The notes: generated by a model from the sequence alone, not told the origin. DNA of 64,000 nucleotides from an uncultured Psychroserpens sp. (GCF_947503375.1 NZ_CANNDQ010000002.1:271182-335181), one strand, 5' to 3'; positions 1 through 9,896 are shown, numbered from the stretch's first letter. Program-made: numbers and translations.

Positions 1-54
1 ATTTTGGTAGAGATGAAATAAAAAAGGCTAGAAAACGCAAAACAAGTATAGAAG

Positions 55-726
55 ATGAAAAAAATAGAATTCAATAACAAAAACTATAATACCATGAACT
101 TTTTAAGAACACAACCAAATGACCTTAATACTGTTAGACTACGTTTAACCACCTTTTTAACATTTTTAATTACAGTAATTAGCTTTCAAGGCTTTGCACA
201 AAAGACCTATTTAAAAATTCATAAAGGCACAGATGCCAAAGATGTTATCATGTATCCACCAGGAACGATTTTTGAATTAAAAAATGAGCACCATTATGTA
301 GTTATGCGCTATAGTGAAACACCACGAACATATCTAATAGATGGAAAGTATAAGTTAGTTGTACATCCAACTTATAAAAAGCAAAAAGATATCTACTATT
401 TAGATAGCGGAAAAGTAGAGTTAGCTTTAACTGCCAATTTCGGAAAAACCAATTCAATTCAGGATAATTATGCATCAAATGGTATCACTGCAGAAGTTGA
501 CATTACCGATTCTAACGAAAATAAAGGTTATAAAAATCTAGTTTTTAAATTAAGTAATGGCATTGTATTTAATTATAGCGATGGAAAATATAATGCTAGT
601 TTGAATGGAATGTATTTAGACATCAAACATAAATATATTATAGCAAGCGAATTAGGTGAACTACGCTTAAGTTTTAGTCCAAAGAATGGAGAAGTATGGT
701 GGGTTTTCAAGCCAAAGAAATTATAA
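55..726 (+). CDS. hypothetical secreted/anchored protein
   Basis: Uninterrupted 223-codon ORF with a hydrophobic signal-like segment (LTTFLTFLITVISFQGFAQ). An alternative Met lies at 94. A hairpin follows at 731-749. No catalytic motif recognised. Confidence 0.5.
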   Translation: MKKIEFNNKNYNTMNFLRTQPNDLNTVRLRLTTFLTFLITVISFQGFAQKTYLKIHKGTDAKDVIMYPPGTIFELKNEHHYVVMRYSETPRTYLIDGKYKLVVHPTYKKQKDIYYLDSGKVELALTANFGKTNSIQDNYASNGITAEVDITDSNENKGYKNLVFKLSNGIVFNYSDGKYNASLNGMYLDIKHKYIIASELGELRLSFSPKNGEVWWVFKPKKL

Positions 727-752
727 AAAAGGGAAGCAAATTGCTTCCCTTA
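725..752. terminator. hairpin terminator between convergent genes
   Basis: Stem GGGAAGCA (731-738) / TGCTTCCC (742-749) with a 3-nt loop. It is flanked by an A-run, which gives a U-tract on the minus strand. Confidence 0.7.
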
Positions 753-756
753 TAGT

Positions 757-2223
757 TTATATCCCACTTATAAAACTTCCATAAGGATCTTTAAATTGAA
801 TTCCTTCAGTAAAGCGATACTTACTTAACTGTTTGAACTCTACCAATGCCCAAAGCACAAATTCTTTTACAAAATAACTCTCTTCTTTTTTCAAATTTGG
901 TTGGTACTGCCCTAATAAATCATCTAAAGGTGAAATGGCATCGAGTAACGCTTTGTACTCTTTGTCTCTTAAATCATCAAGAATCTCAAAACCGTCTTGT
1001 TGATTAAAAAACCATGAGATAATATCATCGTAAGGGGTTTCATCTTCCTCCTTTTTTAGTTTTTCGATCGTTGGGAAAAACTCAGGAAACAAACTCTTAA
1101 CTGCTTCGCCAATCAAATTAAATGCTACTACAGCTGCACCTTCTTGTTCACCTTCATAAACCAATTCTACTTTACCTGTAATTGAAGGGATAACACCAAC
1201 AAAATCACTTAACCTTAACATCGTTTGATCATCACCAGCTTTTAAGGAACGACGCTCAGCTGTACTCAATAAGTTTTCTAATGCAGTAATACTTAATCGC
1301 GCACTAACACCACTTTTAGCATCTATAAATTCACTCTCTCGAGCTTCAAATACAATTTGCTCTAATAGATCTCTGGCTAGATCTGGAACAATAATATTTT
1401 CTTTTTGACGTTCCACTAATTTGGCTTCTTGATTAGTAATTAGTCTAGCCGTTTCTATATCTACAGGATAATGTGTTAAAATTTGACTTCCTATTCTATC
1501 TTTCAAAGGGGTAACAATACTTCCTCTATTGGTATAATCTTCTGGATTGGCAGTAAAGATGAATTGAACATCTAAAGGCAACCTCAATTTAAAACCGCGA
1601 ATCTGAATATCACCTTCTTGCAAAATATTAAACAGTGCTACTTGAATTCTAGCTTGTAGATCTGGCAATTCGTTGATAACAAAAATACATCGATTAGCTC
1701 TAGGGATCATACCATAATGAATCACTCGATCATCAGCATAACTCAACTTTAAATTAGCGGCTTTAATTGGGTCAACATCACCAATAATATCTGCAACGGT
1801 AACATCTGGAGTTGCCAATTTTTCAGCAAAACGTTCGCTTCTATGTAGCCAAGCGATTGGAGTTTCATTTCCCTTTTTGGTAATCAATTCAGTTGCAAAT
1901 CTTGAAATTGGCTGAAAGGGATCATCATTAATTTCTGAACCTTCAACATAAGGAATATACTCATCTAAAAGATTTAACATCAAACGAGCAAGTCTTGTTT
2001 TTGCTTGTCCACGTAATCCTAACAAATTAATATTGTGTCTCGACAAAATAGCACGCTCTAATTCAGGAATCACAGTATTTTCATATCCATGAACACCTTC
2101 AAAAGTTGTCTCCCGACTTTTTATTTTAGTAATGAGATTATCACGTAATTCATCTTTAATAGGTTTTGTTTGATAACCTGCTTTTTTTAAATCGCCTAAT
2201 GTTTTAATTGTGTCTATTTTCAT
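757..2223 (-). CDS. ChlI/BchI-like AAA+ ATPase (Mg-chelatase subunit I-like, function unknown)
   Basis: Walker A-like GLRGQAKT, Walker B-like CIFVINELPDL and a downstream FTANPEDY segment resemble ChlI-type AAA+ cores. The ATG at 2223 lies 1 nt after the stop of the upstream vWA gene. The ORF-track start at 2268 would overlap that gene by 44 nt. Confidence 0.7.
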   Translation of the reverse strand: MKIDTIKTLGDLKKAGYQTKPIKDELRDNLITKIKSRETTFEGVHGYENTVIPELERAILSRHNINLLGLRGQAKTRLARLMLNLLDEYIPYVEGSEINDDPFQPISRFATELITKKGNETPIAWLHRSERFAEKLATPDVTVADIIGDVDPIKAANLKLSYADDRVIHYGMIPRANRCIFVINELPDLQARIQVALFNILQEGDIQIRGFKLRLPLDVQFIFTANPEDYTNRGSIVTPLKDRIGSQILTHYPVDIETARLITNQEAKLVERQKENIIVPDLARDLLEQIVFEARESEFIDAKSGVSARLSITALENLLSTAERRSLKAGDDQTMLRLSDFVGVIPSITGKVELVYEGEQEGAAVVAFNLIGEAVKSLFPEFFPTIEKLKKEEDETPYDDIISWFFNQQDGFEILDDLRDKEYKALLDAISPLDDLLGQYQPNLKKEESYFVKEFVLWALVEFKQLSKYRFTEGIQFKDPYGSFISGI

Positions 2224-2224
2224 T

Positions 2225-3352
2225 TTATCCTTTAATTCTTTTTTTTCTATTTGTTTCGTAATCTTCAAAGATCATCTCGCCTAATCCTTTTAAACCTGTA
2301 TAGAATGCTTTCCCTTGGTTAGCTCGTGTAAACTCTTGCACAAATTGCATGAGATATTGATCTTGTGCAATCATGAAGGTCGTAATTGGAATATGTAGCT
2401 TTCTAGCTTGCTGAGCCATAGCATAACATTTGTTCGTGATGTACGGATTTAATCCGTTGCTATCTTTATAATATTGCCCATCAGGTAAACGCAAACAACT
2501 TGGTTTTCCATCAGTGATCATAAATATTTGCTTATTAGTATTACGCTTTCTTCGTAATAAATCCATAGCTAATTGCAACCCTGCAACAGTATTGGTATGA
2601 TATGGTCCGACCTTCAAGTATGGTAAATCTTTGATTTCAATTTGCCAAGAATCGTTTCCAAAGACGATAATATCTAGTGTATCTTTGGGGTAGCGCGTTG
2701 TAATCAACTCAGCTAATGCCATAGCTACACGTTTAGCTGGAGTGATTCTATCTTCTCCATACAAGATCATACTGTGGCTAATATCAATCATCAAAACCGT
2801 ACTCATTTGTGATTTATGAAGTGTTTCTTCAACCACCAGATCATCTTCCGTGATGTTAAAATTGTTAATACCATGATTAATTTGTGCATTACGCAAACTT
2901 TCAGTCATAGAAACCTTGTCTAATGCATCTCCAAACTGATAGTTTCTAAAGTCACCTGTGTGTTCATCACCAATGCCTGGACTTTTACTTTTATGATTAC
3001 CTTGACCGCTACGTTTTATCTTTCCAAAGATATGGTCTAATGCTTGTTGACGAATAGCACGTTCTGTTTTTGCCGTAATTGCCATACTTCCATTACCATC
3101 TGGATCAATTTCTTCTTTGATGTAACCTTTCTTTTTTAAGTCTTCTATAAAATCATCAATAGTATATTCTGAAGTTGTAAGCTTATATTCCTTATCCAAC
3201 TGCCGAAGCCAATCAATAGCTTCATCAAAATCACCTGATGTGTACGTAATCAATTCTTTAAAAACTTCAAAGAGTTTGTCAAAAGGTGATTGGTTGGGAG
3301 CTTCGTAAGATTTGAATACAAACCCTTTTCTGTGATTTTCTTTTTCTTTCAT
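2225..3352 (-). CDS. von Willebrand factor A (vWA) domain protein, partner of the AAA+ ATPase
   Basis: Intact MIDAS motif DxSxS (VLMIDISHSM) plus the later ITDGKPS. The N-terminal half is helical with no recognised motif. Tightly coupled to the downstream ATPase gene. Confidence 0.75.
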   Translation of the reverse strand: MKEKENHRKGFVFKSYEAPNQSPFDKLFEVFKELITYTSGDFDEAIDWLRQLDKEYKLTTSEYTIDDFIEDLKKKGYIKEEIDPDGNGSMAITAKTERAIRQQALDHIFGKIKRSGQGNHKSKSPGIGDEHTGDFRNYQFGDALDKVSMTESLRNAQINHGINNFNITEDDLVVEETLHKSQMSTVLMIDISHSMILYGEDRITPAKRVAMALAELITTRYPKDTLDIIVFGNDSWQIEIKDLPYLKVGPYHTNTVAGLQLAMDLLRRKRNTNKQIFMITDGKPSCLRLPDGQYYKDSNGLNPYITNKCYAMAQQARKLHIPITTFMIAQDQYLMQFVQEFTRANQGKAFYTGLKGLGEMIFEDYETNRKKRIKG

Positions 3353-3460
3353 TGCACTATAAAATTACGACTATTTATATCGAAATAAAAAGCATTAACA
3401 TCTCTTTTAGAAATCGTATAATTAGTTTAACTATCTTTAGCCAACTAAACCAAAAGCATA

Positions 3461-6400
3461 ATGAAAAAAATACTTTACTTTATGTTGCTTTTTGCATCAT
3501 TTTCTCTTTTCTCTCAAGAATTTTCTCTCGATTTAGTAAAAAATATGAAGCCAAGAAATATTGGTCCTGGAGGTATGTCTGGTCGTGTAACGGCTATTGA
3601 TGTTGTGCATAACAATACAGATATCATGTATGTTGGCACTGCTTCTGGAGGTTTATGGAAATCAACATCGGGAGGCATTAAATGGGATCCCATTTTCGAA
3701 AAAGAAGCAACAGGATCAATAGGTGCAGTAGCCATTCAGCAATCTAATCCTAGCGTAATTTGGGTCGGTACAGGAGAAGGTAATCCAAGAAACAGCTTAA
3801 ATGGTGGTTATGGCATATACAAGTCTTTAGACTCAGGTAAAACTTGGCAGCTTATGGGTCTTGAAAAAACACGTCACATTCATCGTGTAATCATTGATCC
3901 AACCAATCCAGATGTGGTTTATGCGGCTGCTATTGGTTCTCCTTGGGGAATTCATCCTGAGCGTGGTGTTTACAAAACCATTGATGGCGGAAAAACTTGG
4001 AATAAAATCTTATTTGCTAATAATAAAACTGGAGCTGCCGATTTGATAATGGATCCAACAAATCCAAACAAACTTATAGCTGCCTTGTGGGAACACAAGC
4101 GTGACCCATGGTTCTTTAAATCTGGAGGTGAAGGCTCAGGTCTACATATAACACATGATGGAGGAAAAACCTGGAAAAAAATCACAGAGAAACAAGGGTT
4201 CCCTAAAGGGGAATTAGGACGTATTGGCATTGCCATCGCAGCTAATAAACCAAATGTAGTTTATGCTTTAGTTGAAGCTAAAAAAAATGCACTTTATAGA
4301 AGTGAGGATGGAGGTGCTAATTGGAAGAAGATTAATGATAAAAACGATATAGGCAATCGTCCGTTTTATTATTCAGAGATCTATGTTGACCCCCAAAATG
4401 AAAATAGAGTTTACTCCATTTATACTTATGTGAATGTTTCAGAAGATGGCGGAAAAAATTTCAAACAACTGATGCCAGCCTATGGTGTTAGCAATGGTGT
4501 ACATCCAGATCATCATGCGTGGTGGATACATCCAACTAATGGTAATTTTATGATTGACGGTAATGATGGAGGCATGAATATCACTAAAGATGGTGGAAAA
4601 TCTTGGCGCTTCATTGGTAATTTACCAGTAGCACAGTTCTACCACATCAATGTTGATAATGACATCCCATATAATGTATATGGTGGTATGCAAGACAATG
4701 GTTCTTGGAGAGGTCCAGCCTATGTATGGCGTGTGCAAGGTATAAGAAATAGTTATTGGCAAGAAATAAGTTTTGGTGATGGATTTGATGTTGTTCCCGA
4801 TCGTGATGATTCTCGTTTTGGATGGTCTATGAGTCAACAAGGCTATGTGAGTCGATATGATTGGCAAACAGGAAATAACTATACGGTTAGACCTACTCAT
4901 CCAAATCCTGAAGTTGAACTTCGCTTCAATTGGAATGCAGCTATAAATATCGATCCGTTTGATAACAACACACTCTATTTTGGAAGCCAATTTGTGCATA
5001 AATCAACTGATAAAGGACAAACTTGGACTGTAATTTCTGAGGATTTAACAACTAACGATCCCGAAAAACTAAAACAGAATGAAAGTGGAGGTTTAACGAT
5101 GGATGCTACTGGAGCTGAAAATCACTGTACAATTTTAGTGATCGAACCTTCAACACTAGAACGAAATATGTTCTGGGTAGCAAGTGATGATGGTCGAGTA
5201 CATTATACTCAAAATGGTGGTCAAGATTATACCGAAGTTACAAAAAACATTAAAGGACTCCCTTCTGGAAGTTGGATTACTCAAATAAAAGCATCTAATA
5301 AAAATAAAGGCGAAGCACTTTTAATCGCTAACGATTACAGACGCTTTAATTATACACCTTACGCCTATAGAACAAAAGACTATGGCAAAACATGGCAACG
5401 CATTGTAGATAATGATGATGTTGAAAGCTACACGTTATCAATTGTTGAAGATCCCGTAGAATCTAACTTATTATTTTTAGGTACTGATGATGGTTTGTAC
5501 ATCTCAATTGATGCTGGAGAGAAATGGACTAAATGGACTGAAGGTTTTCCAACAGTATCAGTAAAAGACCTAGTTATTCATCCCCGAGAACACGATTTAA
5601 TTATAGGAACGTTTGGTCGTGCAGCTTGGGTACTAGATGATATTCGTCCGTTGAGAGCAATAGCAAAGAACAAACAATTGATAAATCAAAAATTAGAATT
5701 ATTCGCTCCGCCTACAGCATATCAAGCGGCCTATCAACAACCTACAGGTAGTCGATTTGGAGGCGATGCTATGTATCATGGTGAGAACAGAAATTATGGT
5801 GCTAGATTTTCGTATTATGTTAAAATAGATGAACAGAAAAAAGAAGATGAAGACGACGATTCAAATGAAGACTCAGATAATGATAATTCAGATGAAGAAA
5901 AGCCAAATGAAATAAAATGGGATTCACTTACTATGAAACTCTATGATGGTGAGCGCTTGATTCGTACATTAAAACAGAAAGCTCCAGACTCTACTGGTGT
6001 GTACAAGTGGACTTGGTTTATGAATGAAGCTGGTGTGTCTTGGCCTTCAAGAACTATAAGAAAACAAACTAGAGAACCTTCAGGTGTTTCAGTAAAACCT
6101 GGCACTTATAAAGCTGTACTTCATTTTGGAGATCAAACCTCAGAAACAATGGTAACAGTGAATACTGATCCAAGATTAAATACTTCAATAGCTAACATTA
6201 ATGAGGTTTACACTGCATCTAAAACACTTGAATTAATGCAAAAAACCATAGCAGATGCTGTAAAACAATTGGTTGAAAGCAAACAAATTGCCACTAAATA
6301 CAAGTCTGATTTATCAAAACTAGATAAAGAACAATACAAAGAGGAAATTAAGGTCTCAAAAGATGTTATTAAACAAATTGATGAGCTTATTGATAGCTAT

Positions 6401-6673
6401 CTTGGCAAAGAAGATAAGCGACAAGGTATAACCAACACTTCTGTGGTAACTGTAACAGATCGTTTATCTACTGCTAGTTGGTATGTTGGGTCTCGTCAAA
6501 ATGGTTTAACTTCAACTGAGCATACATTAATAGAACATGCAAAAGATGCTGTAAACAATGTATTAGAAAAAACAAATAGTTTTTACAATGAGTCTTGGAA
6601 ACCTTATCAAGTAAAAATGGAGTCAGTAAAAACTAATCCTTTTAAAGAGATTAGTACTTTCAGATTAGATTAA
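3461..6673 (+). CDS. secreted BNR/Asp-box repeat protein (sortilin/VPS10-like double beta-propeller)
   Basis: Signal peptide (MKKILYFMLLFASFSLFSQ). About ten Asp-box motifs: SLDSGKTW, TIDGGKTW, THDGGKTW, SEDGGANW, SEDGGKNF, TKDGGKSW, STDKGQTW, TKDYGKTW, SIDAGEKW. Confidence 0.8.
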   Translation: MKKILYFMLLFASFSLFSQEFSLDLVKNMKPRNIGPGGMSGRVTAIDVVHNNTDIMYVGTASGGLWKSTSGGIKWDPIFEKEATGSIGAVAIQQSNPSVIWVGTGEGNPRNSLNGGYGIYKSLDSGKTWQLMGLEKTRHIHRVIIDPTNPDVVYAAAIGSPWGIHPERGVYKTIDGGKTWNKILFANNKTGAADLIMDPTNPNKLIAALWEHKRDPWFFKSGGEGSGLHITHDGGKTWKKITEKQGFPKGELGRIGIAIAANKPNVVYALVEAKKNALYRSEDGGANWKKINDKNDIGNRPFYYSEIYVDPQNENRVYSIYTYVNVSEDGGKNFKQLMPAYGVSNGVHPDHHAWWIHPTNGNFMIDGNDGGMNITKDGGKSWRFIGNLPVAQFYHINVDNDIPYNVYGGMQDNGSWRGPAYVWRVQGIRNSYWQEISFGDGFDVVPDRDDSRFGWSMSQQGYVSRYDWQTGNNYTVRPTHPNPEVELRFNWNAAINIDPFDNNTLYFGSQFVHKSTDKGQTWTVISEDLTTNDPEKLKQNESGGLTMDATGAENHCTILVIEPSTLERNMFWVASDDGRVHYTQNGGQDYTEVTKNIKGLPSGSWITQIKASNKNKGEALLIANDYRRFNYTPYAYRTKDYGKTWQRIVDNDDVESYTLSIVEDPVESNLLFLGTDDGLYISIDAGEKWTKWTEGFPTVSVKDLVIHPREHDLIIGTFGRAAWVLDDIRPLRAIAKNKQLINQKLELFAPPTAYQAAYQQPTGSRFGGDAMYHGENRNYGARFSYYVKIDEQKKEDEDDDSNEDSDNDNSDEEKPNEIKWDSLTMKLYDGERLIRTLKQKAPDSTGVYKWTWFMNEAGVSWPSRTIRKQTREPSGVSVKPGTYKAVLHFGDQTSETMVTVNTDPRLNTSIANINEVYTASKTLELMQKTIADAVKQLVESKQIATKYKSDLSKLDKEQYKEEIKVSKDVIKQIDELIDSYLGKEDKRQGITNTSVVTVTDRLSTASWYVGSRQNGLTSTEHTLIEHAKDAVNNVLEKTNSFYNESWKPYQVKMESVKTNPFKEISTFRLD

Positions 6674-6694
6674 AATAAAAGGCAATTAGTATTT

Positions 6695-6729
6695 AAAACC
6701 TTTCAGGAGTGACAACTTGAAAGGTTTTT
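6695..6729. terminator. bidirectional hairpin terminator
   Basis: A stem of about 13 bp, AAAACCTTTCAGG / CTTGAAAGGTTTT, flanked by T-runs. It lies between convergent genes. Confidence 0.75.
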
Positions 6730-6731
6730 AT

Positions 6732-7409
6732 TTAGTGAACATTTTTTAAGCCTTTCAAATCTTTAATTAAGATATGCTTACCAGAGGTTTCTATCAAACC
6801 ATCTTTCTTAAATTGTGATAAAATACGAATGGCTGATTCTGTAGCAGTACCTACAATGTTAGCATAATCTTCTCTAGACAACACAGCTCTAAGGTAATAC
6901 TCTTCATCAATTCCAAAATTATCGTAAAGATAAACTAGCGTATCTGCTAATCTTTTCTTAACCGACTTTTGAGCCATATTAACAATGGTATTGTCAGCAT
7001 CTTTTAGGTCATGAGCCATTTGTCTTAGCACATCCATGGAAAAATTTGCATTTCTCTGCAAATCACCAATAATTTCCGATTTTGGAATAAAACAAACTTC
7101 CATATCGTTTAAAGCAACGGCCTGAAGGTTGGAAGTCTCCTCTCCTATTAACGAACGTTGTCCTAATAGATCACCTTTAAAAACTAGTTTTACAATTTGA
7201 TCTTTTCCATTTTCACTTAGTTTAGATAGTTTACAAATACCATCCTTCACACAATAGACACCATTTATATTTTCGCCTTCTTCAAAAATGATAGTGCCTC
7301 GCTTTATAGTATGAGATGTCTTACAACCAGATATACGTACTAACTCATCTTTAGTCAATGCCTTTAAAGAATTAAACTGACGTATGATACACTGTTCACA
7401 TTTACTCAT
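6732..7409 (-). CDS. Crp/Fnr family transcriptional regulator (FNR-like)
   Basis: A cNMP-binding-type fold is followed by a C-terminal HTH (REDYANIVGTATESAIRILSQF), like FNR/CRP recognition helices. There is an N-terminal CxxC (C4, C7). An EVCFIP context resembles the E. coli FNR Cys122 region. The gene sits directly upstream of the cco cluster. Confidence 0.85.
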   Translation of the reverse strand: MSKCEQCIIRQFNSLKALTKDELVRISGCKTSHTIKRGTIIFEEGENINGVYCVKDGICKLSKLSENGKDQIVKLVFKGDLLGQRSLIGEETSNLQAVALNDMEVCFIPKSEIIGDLQRNANFSMDVLRQMAHDLKDADNTIVNMAQKSVKKRLADTLVYLYDNFGIDEEYYLRAVLSREDYANIVGTATESAIRILSQFKKDGLIETSGKHILIKDLKGLKNVH

Positions 7410-7448
7410 ATTTCTTTTTTAGAAACGGACTGTAAAAATACGCAAAAC

Positions 7449-7462
7449 ATGATAAAAATCAT
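7449..7462 (+). promoter_or_regulatory. Crp/Fnr-type palindrome ATGATAAAAATCAT upstream of ccoI-hemN
   Basis: TGAT-N4-ATCA core. The centre lies 29.5 bp from the -7-like box AAACTTTG (7485-7492). It is embedded in a 21-nt block identical to 11265-11285. Confidence 0.7.
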
Positions 7463-7517
7463 ATTATAACGTCTATTCATTTACAAACTTTGCATCAGGT
7501 ATAAATGAGCAAATATT

Positions 7518-9896
7518 ATGGAACAAACAACTTGTTTCCACTGCGGTGATGATTGTAACCATACAATTATAACCTTCAATAAAAAACACTTTTGTTGTAA
7601 TGGTTGTAAAACGGTATATGAGATTTTCTCTGAGAACGATTTAACGTGCTATTACGAGTTACAAACATCTCCAGGAGCAATTCCAAAGGAAATAGAAGGC
7701 AAATATGACTTCTTATCAGATGAAAGTATCATAGAAAAACTTATTGAGTTTAATGATGGAAGTACACAGATTACTACATTATACATTCCACATATCCATT
7801 GTAGTTCTTGCATTTGGATTTTGGAGAACCTCAATAAACTAAATCCAAATATTACGTCATCTCAAGTTAATTTTGGTAAGAAAACAGTTCGCATCACTTA
7901 TAACACGAGCAGCAATTCACTTAAAGATGTTGTTTTACTGCTTAGTGCTATTGGCTATGAACCTTATATCTCATTAGACGATTTTAAAACAGGAAAACAA
8001 AATGTAAACAGAGTATTAATCTACAAATTAGGAATAGCTGGTTTTGCTTTTGGTAATGTGATGTTCTTATCCTTTCCAGAATATTTTGAAGTAGAAGAGT
8101 TCTGGTTAGAACAATATAAACATCTATTTCGCTGGTTGATGTTTACGTTTTCGTTACCAGTCGTGTTTTATGCAGGACAAGATTATTTTATATCTGCTTA
8201 CAAAGGCTTACGGGCAAAGCTACTCAACATTGATGTTCCTATAGCGCTTGGTATTGCTGTATTATTCATAAGAAGTACAATTGAGATCAGCTTCAATATT
8301 GGATCTGGTTTTTTTGATAGTCTTACAGGGCTTGTATTCTTTTTATTACTCGGAAAGTTCTTTCAACAAAAAACATATACGTTCTTATCTTTTGAGCGTG
8401 ACTATAAATCCTATTTTCCAATTGCAGTTACTAAGATAGCAACTCACAGAAAAGAAATTCCTATTCAAGTTTATGATATAAAAAAGGGAGATCGACTCAT
8501 CATTAGAAATGAAGAACTCATTCCTGTTGATGCAATTCTTATAAACGGAAAAGCTAGAATTGATTACAGTTTTGTCACTGGCGAATCCAAAACTGTAAGT
8601 AAGCATTCGGGAGACAAACTATTTGCTGGTGGCAAGCAAACATCTGGAGTTATTGAAGTTGAGGCTATTAAATCTGTAGAACAAAGCTATCTAACCCAAT
8701 TATGGAGCAATGATGTATTCAATAAAAGTAAAGAAGACCATTTTAACACTTTGACCAATAAGATCAGTAAGCGCTTTACTATAGCAGTATTAAGTATTGC
8801 TGTAATAGCAACATCCTATTGGTTATTTACTGATGCTTCAAAAGCCATGAATGTATTTACGGCTGTGTTAATTATTGCCTGTCCTTGTGCCATAGCATTA
8901 TCAGCACCATTTACTTTTGGAAATTTACTACGCATTTTTGGGAAGCTAAAATTCTACGTAAAAAATGCAGCAGTTATTGAACAGTTAGCGGATATTAATA
9001 CTATAATCTTTGACAAAACTGGCACCATAACATCTAACAAAACAAGTACAGCAAATTATGAAGGTGCTGCATTAACCGAAACTGAAGAATTACTTCTAAA
9101 AAACACATTACGTGGTTCAAATCATCCGCTTAGCAGATCACTCTACGAAATCTTAGATGCTAATGATATTGTTTCTTTGAATCATTTTGAAGAGCACCTA
9201 GGTAAAGGAATTGAAGCCACATACAACAAAGATAATATCAAAATAGGATCTGCAAGCTTTGTTGGTGCAAGTGAAAATCAAGTATTGAACACTACTGTAC
9301 ACATCAGTACAAATAATACTTACAAAGGTAAATTTACGTTCTACAACAGTTACAGGAAAGGTTTATCAAAACTATTTAATACCCTTAAAAAACATTACGA
9401 TCTAGTGATTCTTTCTGGAGATAATGAAGGAGAATTAGAGAACCTCAAAAAAATGTTACCTACAAAAACAAAATTGATCTTTAACCAAAAACCCAACGAT
9501 AAGTTAGAATATATCAAGTATCATCAAACTGAAGGTGCTAAAGTACTCATGATTGGTGACGGACTCAATGATGCTGGTGCATTAGCACAAAGTAATATCG
9601 GTATTGCTTTATCAGAAAATGTAAATGTATTCTCACCTGCTTGTGATGCTATCATGGATGCTACAAAATTTAACCAACTCAATACATTCATTGACGCTTC
9701 TAAAAGTGCAATTAAGATTATTAAATGGAGTTTTGTTTTGTCTCTCATTTATAACATAGTTGGGCTCTATTTTGCTGTTACAGGCCAGTTAGCTCCAGTA
9801 GTGGCTGCAATATTAATGCCGTTGAGCTCAATTAGTGTTGTTGTGTTTACAACTATTGCTACAAATTTTATTGGAAGAAAACTATCAAAATCATGA
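7518..9896 (+). CDS. ccoI: copper-translocating P1B-type ATPase, cbb3 oxidase maturation (CcoI/FixI-type)
   Basis: N-terminal Cys-rich metal-binding segment (CFHCGDDC, CCNGCKTVYE). Also CPC (IIACPCAI), DKTGT and GDGLNDA motifs. Placed within the cco assembly cluster. Confidence 0.9.
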   Translation: MEQTTCFHCGDDCNHTIITFNKKHFCCNGCKTVYEIFSENDLTCYYELQTSPGAIPKEIEGKYDFLSDESIIEKLIEFNDGSTQITTLYIPHIHCSSCIWILENLNKLNPNITSSQVNFGKKTVRITYNTSSNSLKDVVLLLSAIGYEPYISLDDFKTGKQNVNRVLIYKLGIAGFAFGNVMFLSFPEYFEVEEFWLEQYKHLFRWLMFTFSLPVVFYAGQDYFISAYKGLRAKLLNIDVPIALGIAVLFIRSTIEISFNIGSGFFDSLTGLVFFLLLGKFFQQKTYTFLSFERDYKSYFPIAVTKIATHRKEIPIQVYDIKKGDRLIIRNEELIPVDAILINGKARIDYSFVTGESKTVSKHSGDKLFAGGKQTSGVIEVEAIKSVEQSYLTQLWSNDVFNKSKEDHFNTLTNKISKRFTIAVLSIAVIATSYWLFTDASKAMNVFTAVLIIACPCAIALSAPFTFGNLLRIFGKLKFYVKNAAVIEQLADINTIIFDKTGTITSNKTSTANYEGAALTETEELLLKNTLRGSNHPLSRSLYEILDANDIVSLNHFEEHLGKGIEATYNKDNIKIGSASFVGASENQVLNTTVHISTNNTYKGKFTFYNSYRKGLSKLFNTLKKHYDLVILSGDNEGELENLKKMLPTKTKLIFNQKPNDKLEYIKYHQTEGAKVLMIGDGLNDAGALAQSNIGIALSENVNVFSPACDAIMDATKFNQLNTFIDASKSAIKIIKWSFVLSLIYNIVGLYFAVTGQLAPVVAAILMPLSSISVVVFTTIATNFIGRKLSKS

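Noticed and set aside
3352-3600. 82-aa plus-strand ORF spanning the intergenic region and the 5' end of the Asp-box protein gene
   Set aside because: It overlaps the well-supported 3461-6673 gene in another frame, has low-complexity composition and no motif. It is most likely a chance ORF in AT-rich DNA.
3514-4999. Antisense ORFs 3514-3735, 3970-4236 and 4622-4999 inside the Asp-box gene
   Set aside because: These are shadow ORFs opposite a gene with strong repeated Asp-box motifs. They have no independent signal.
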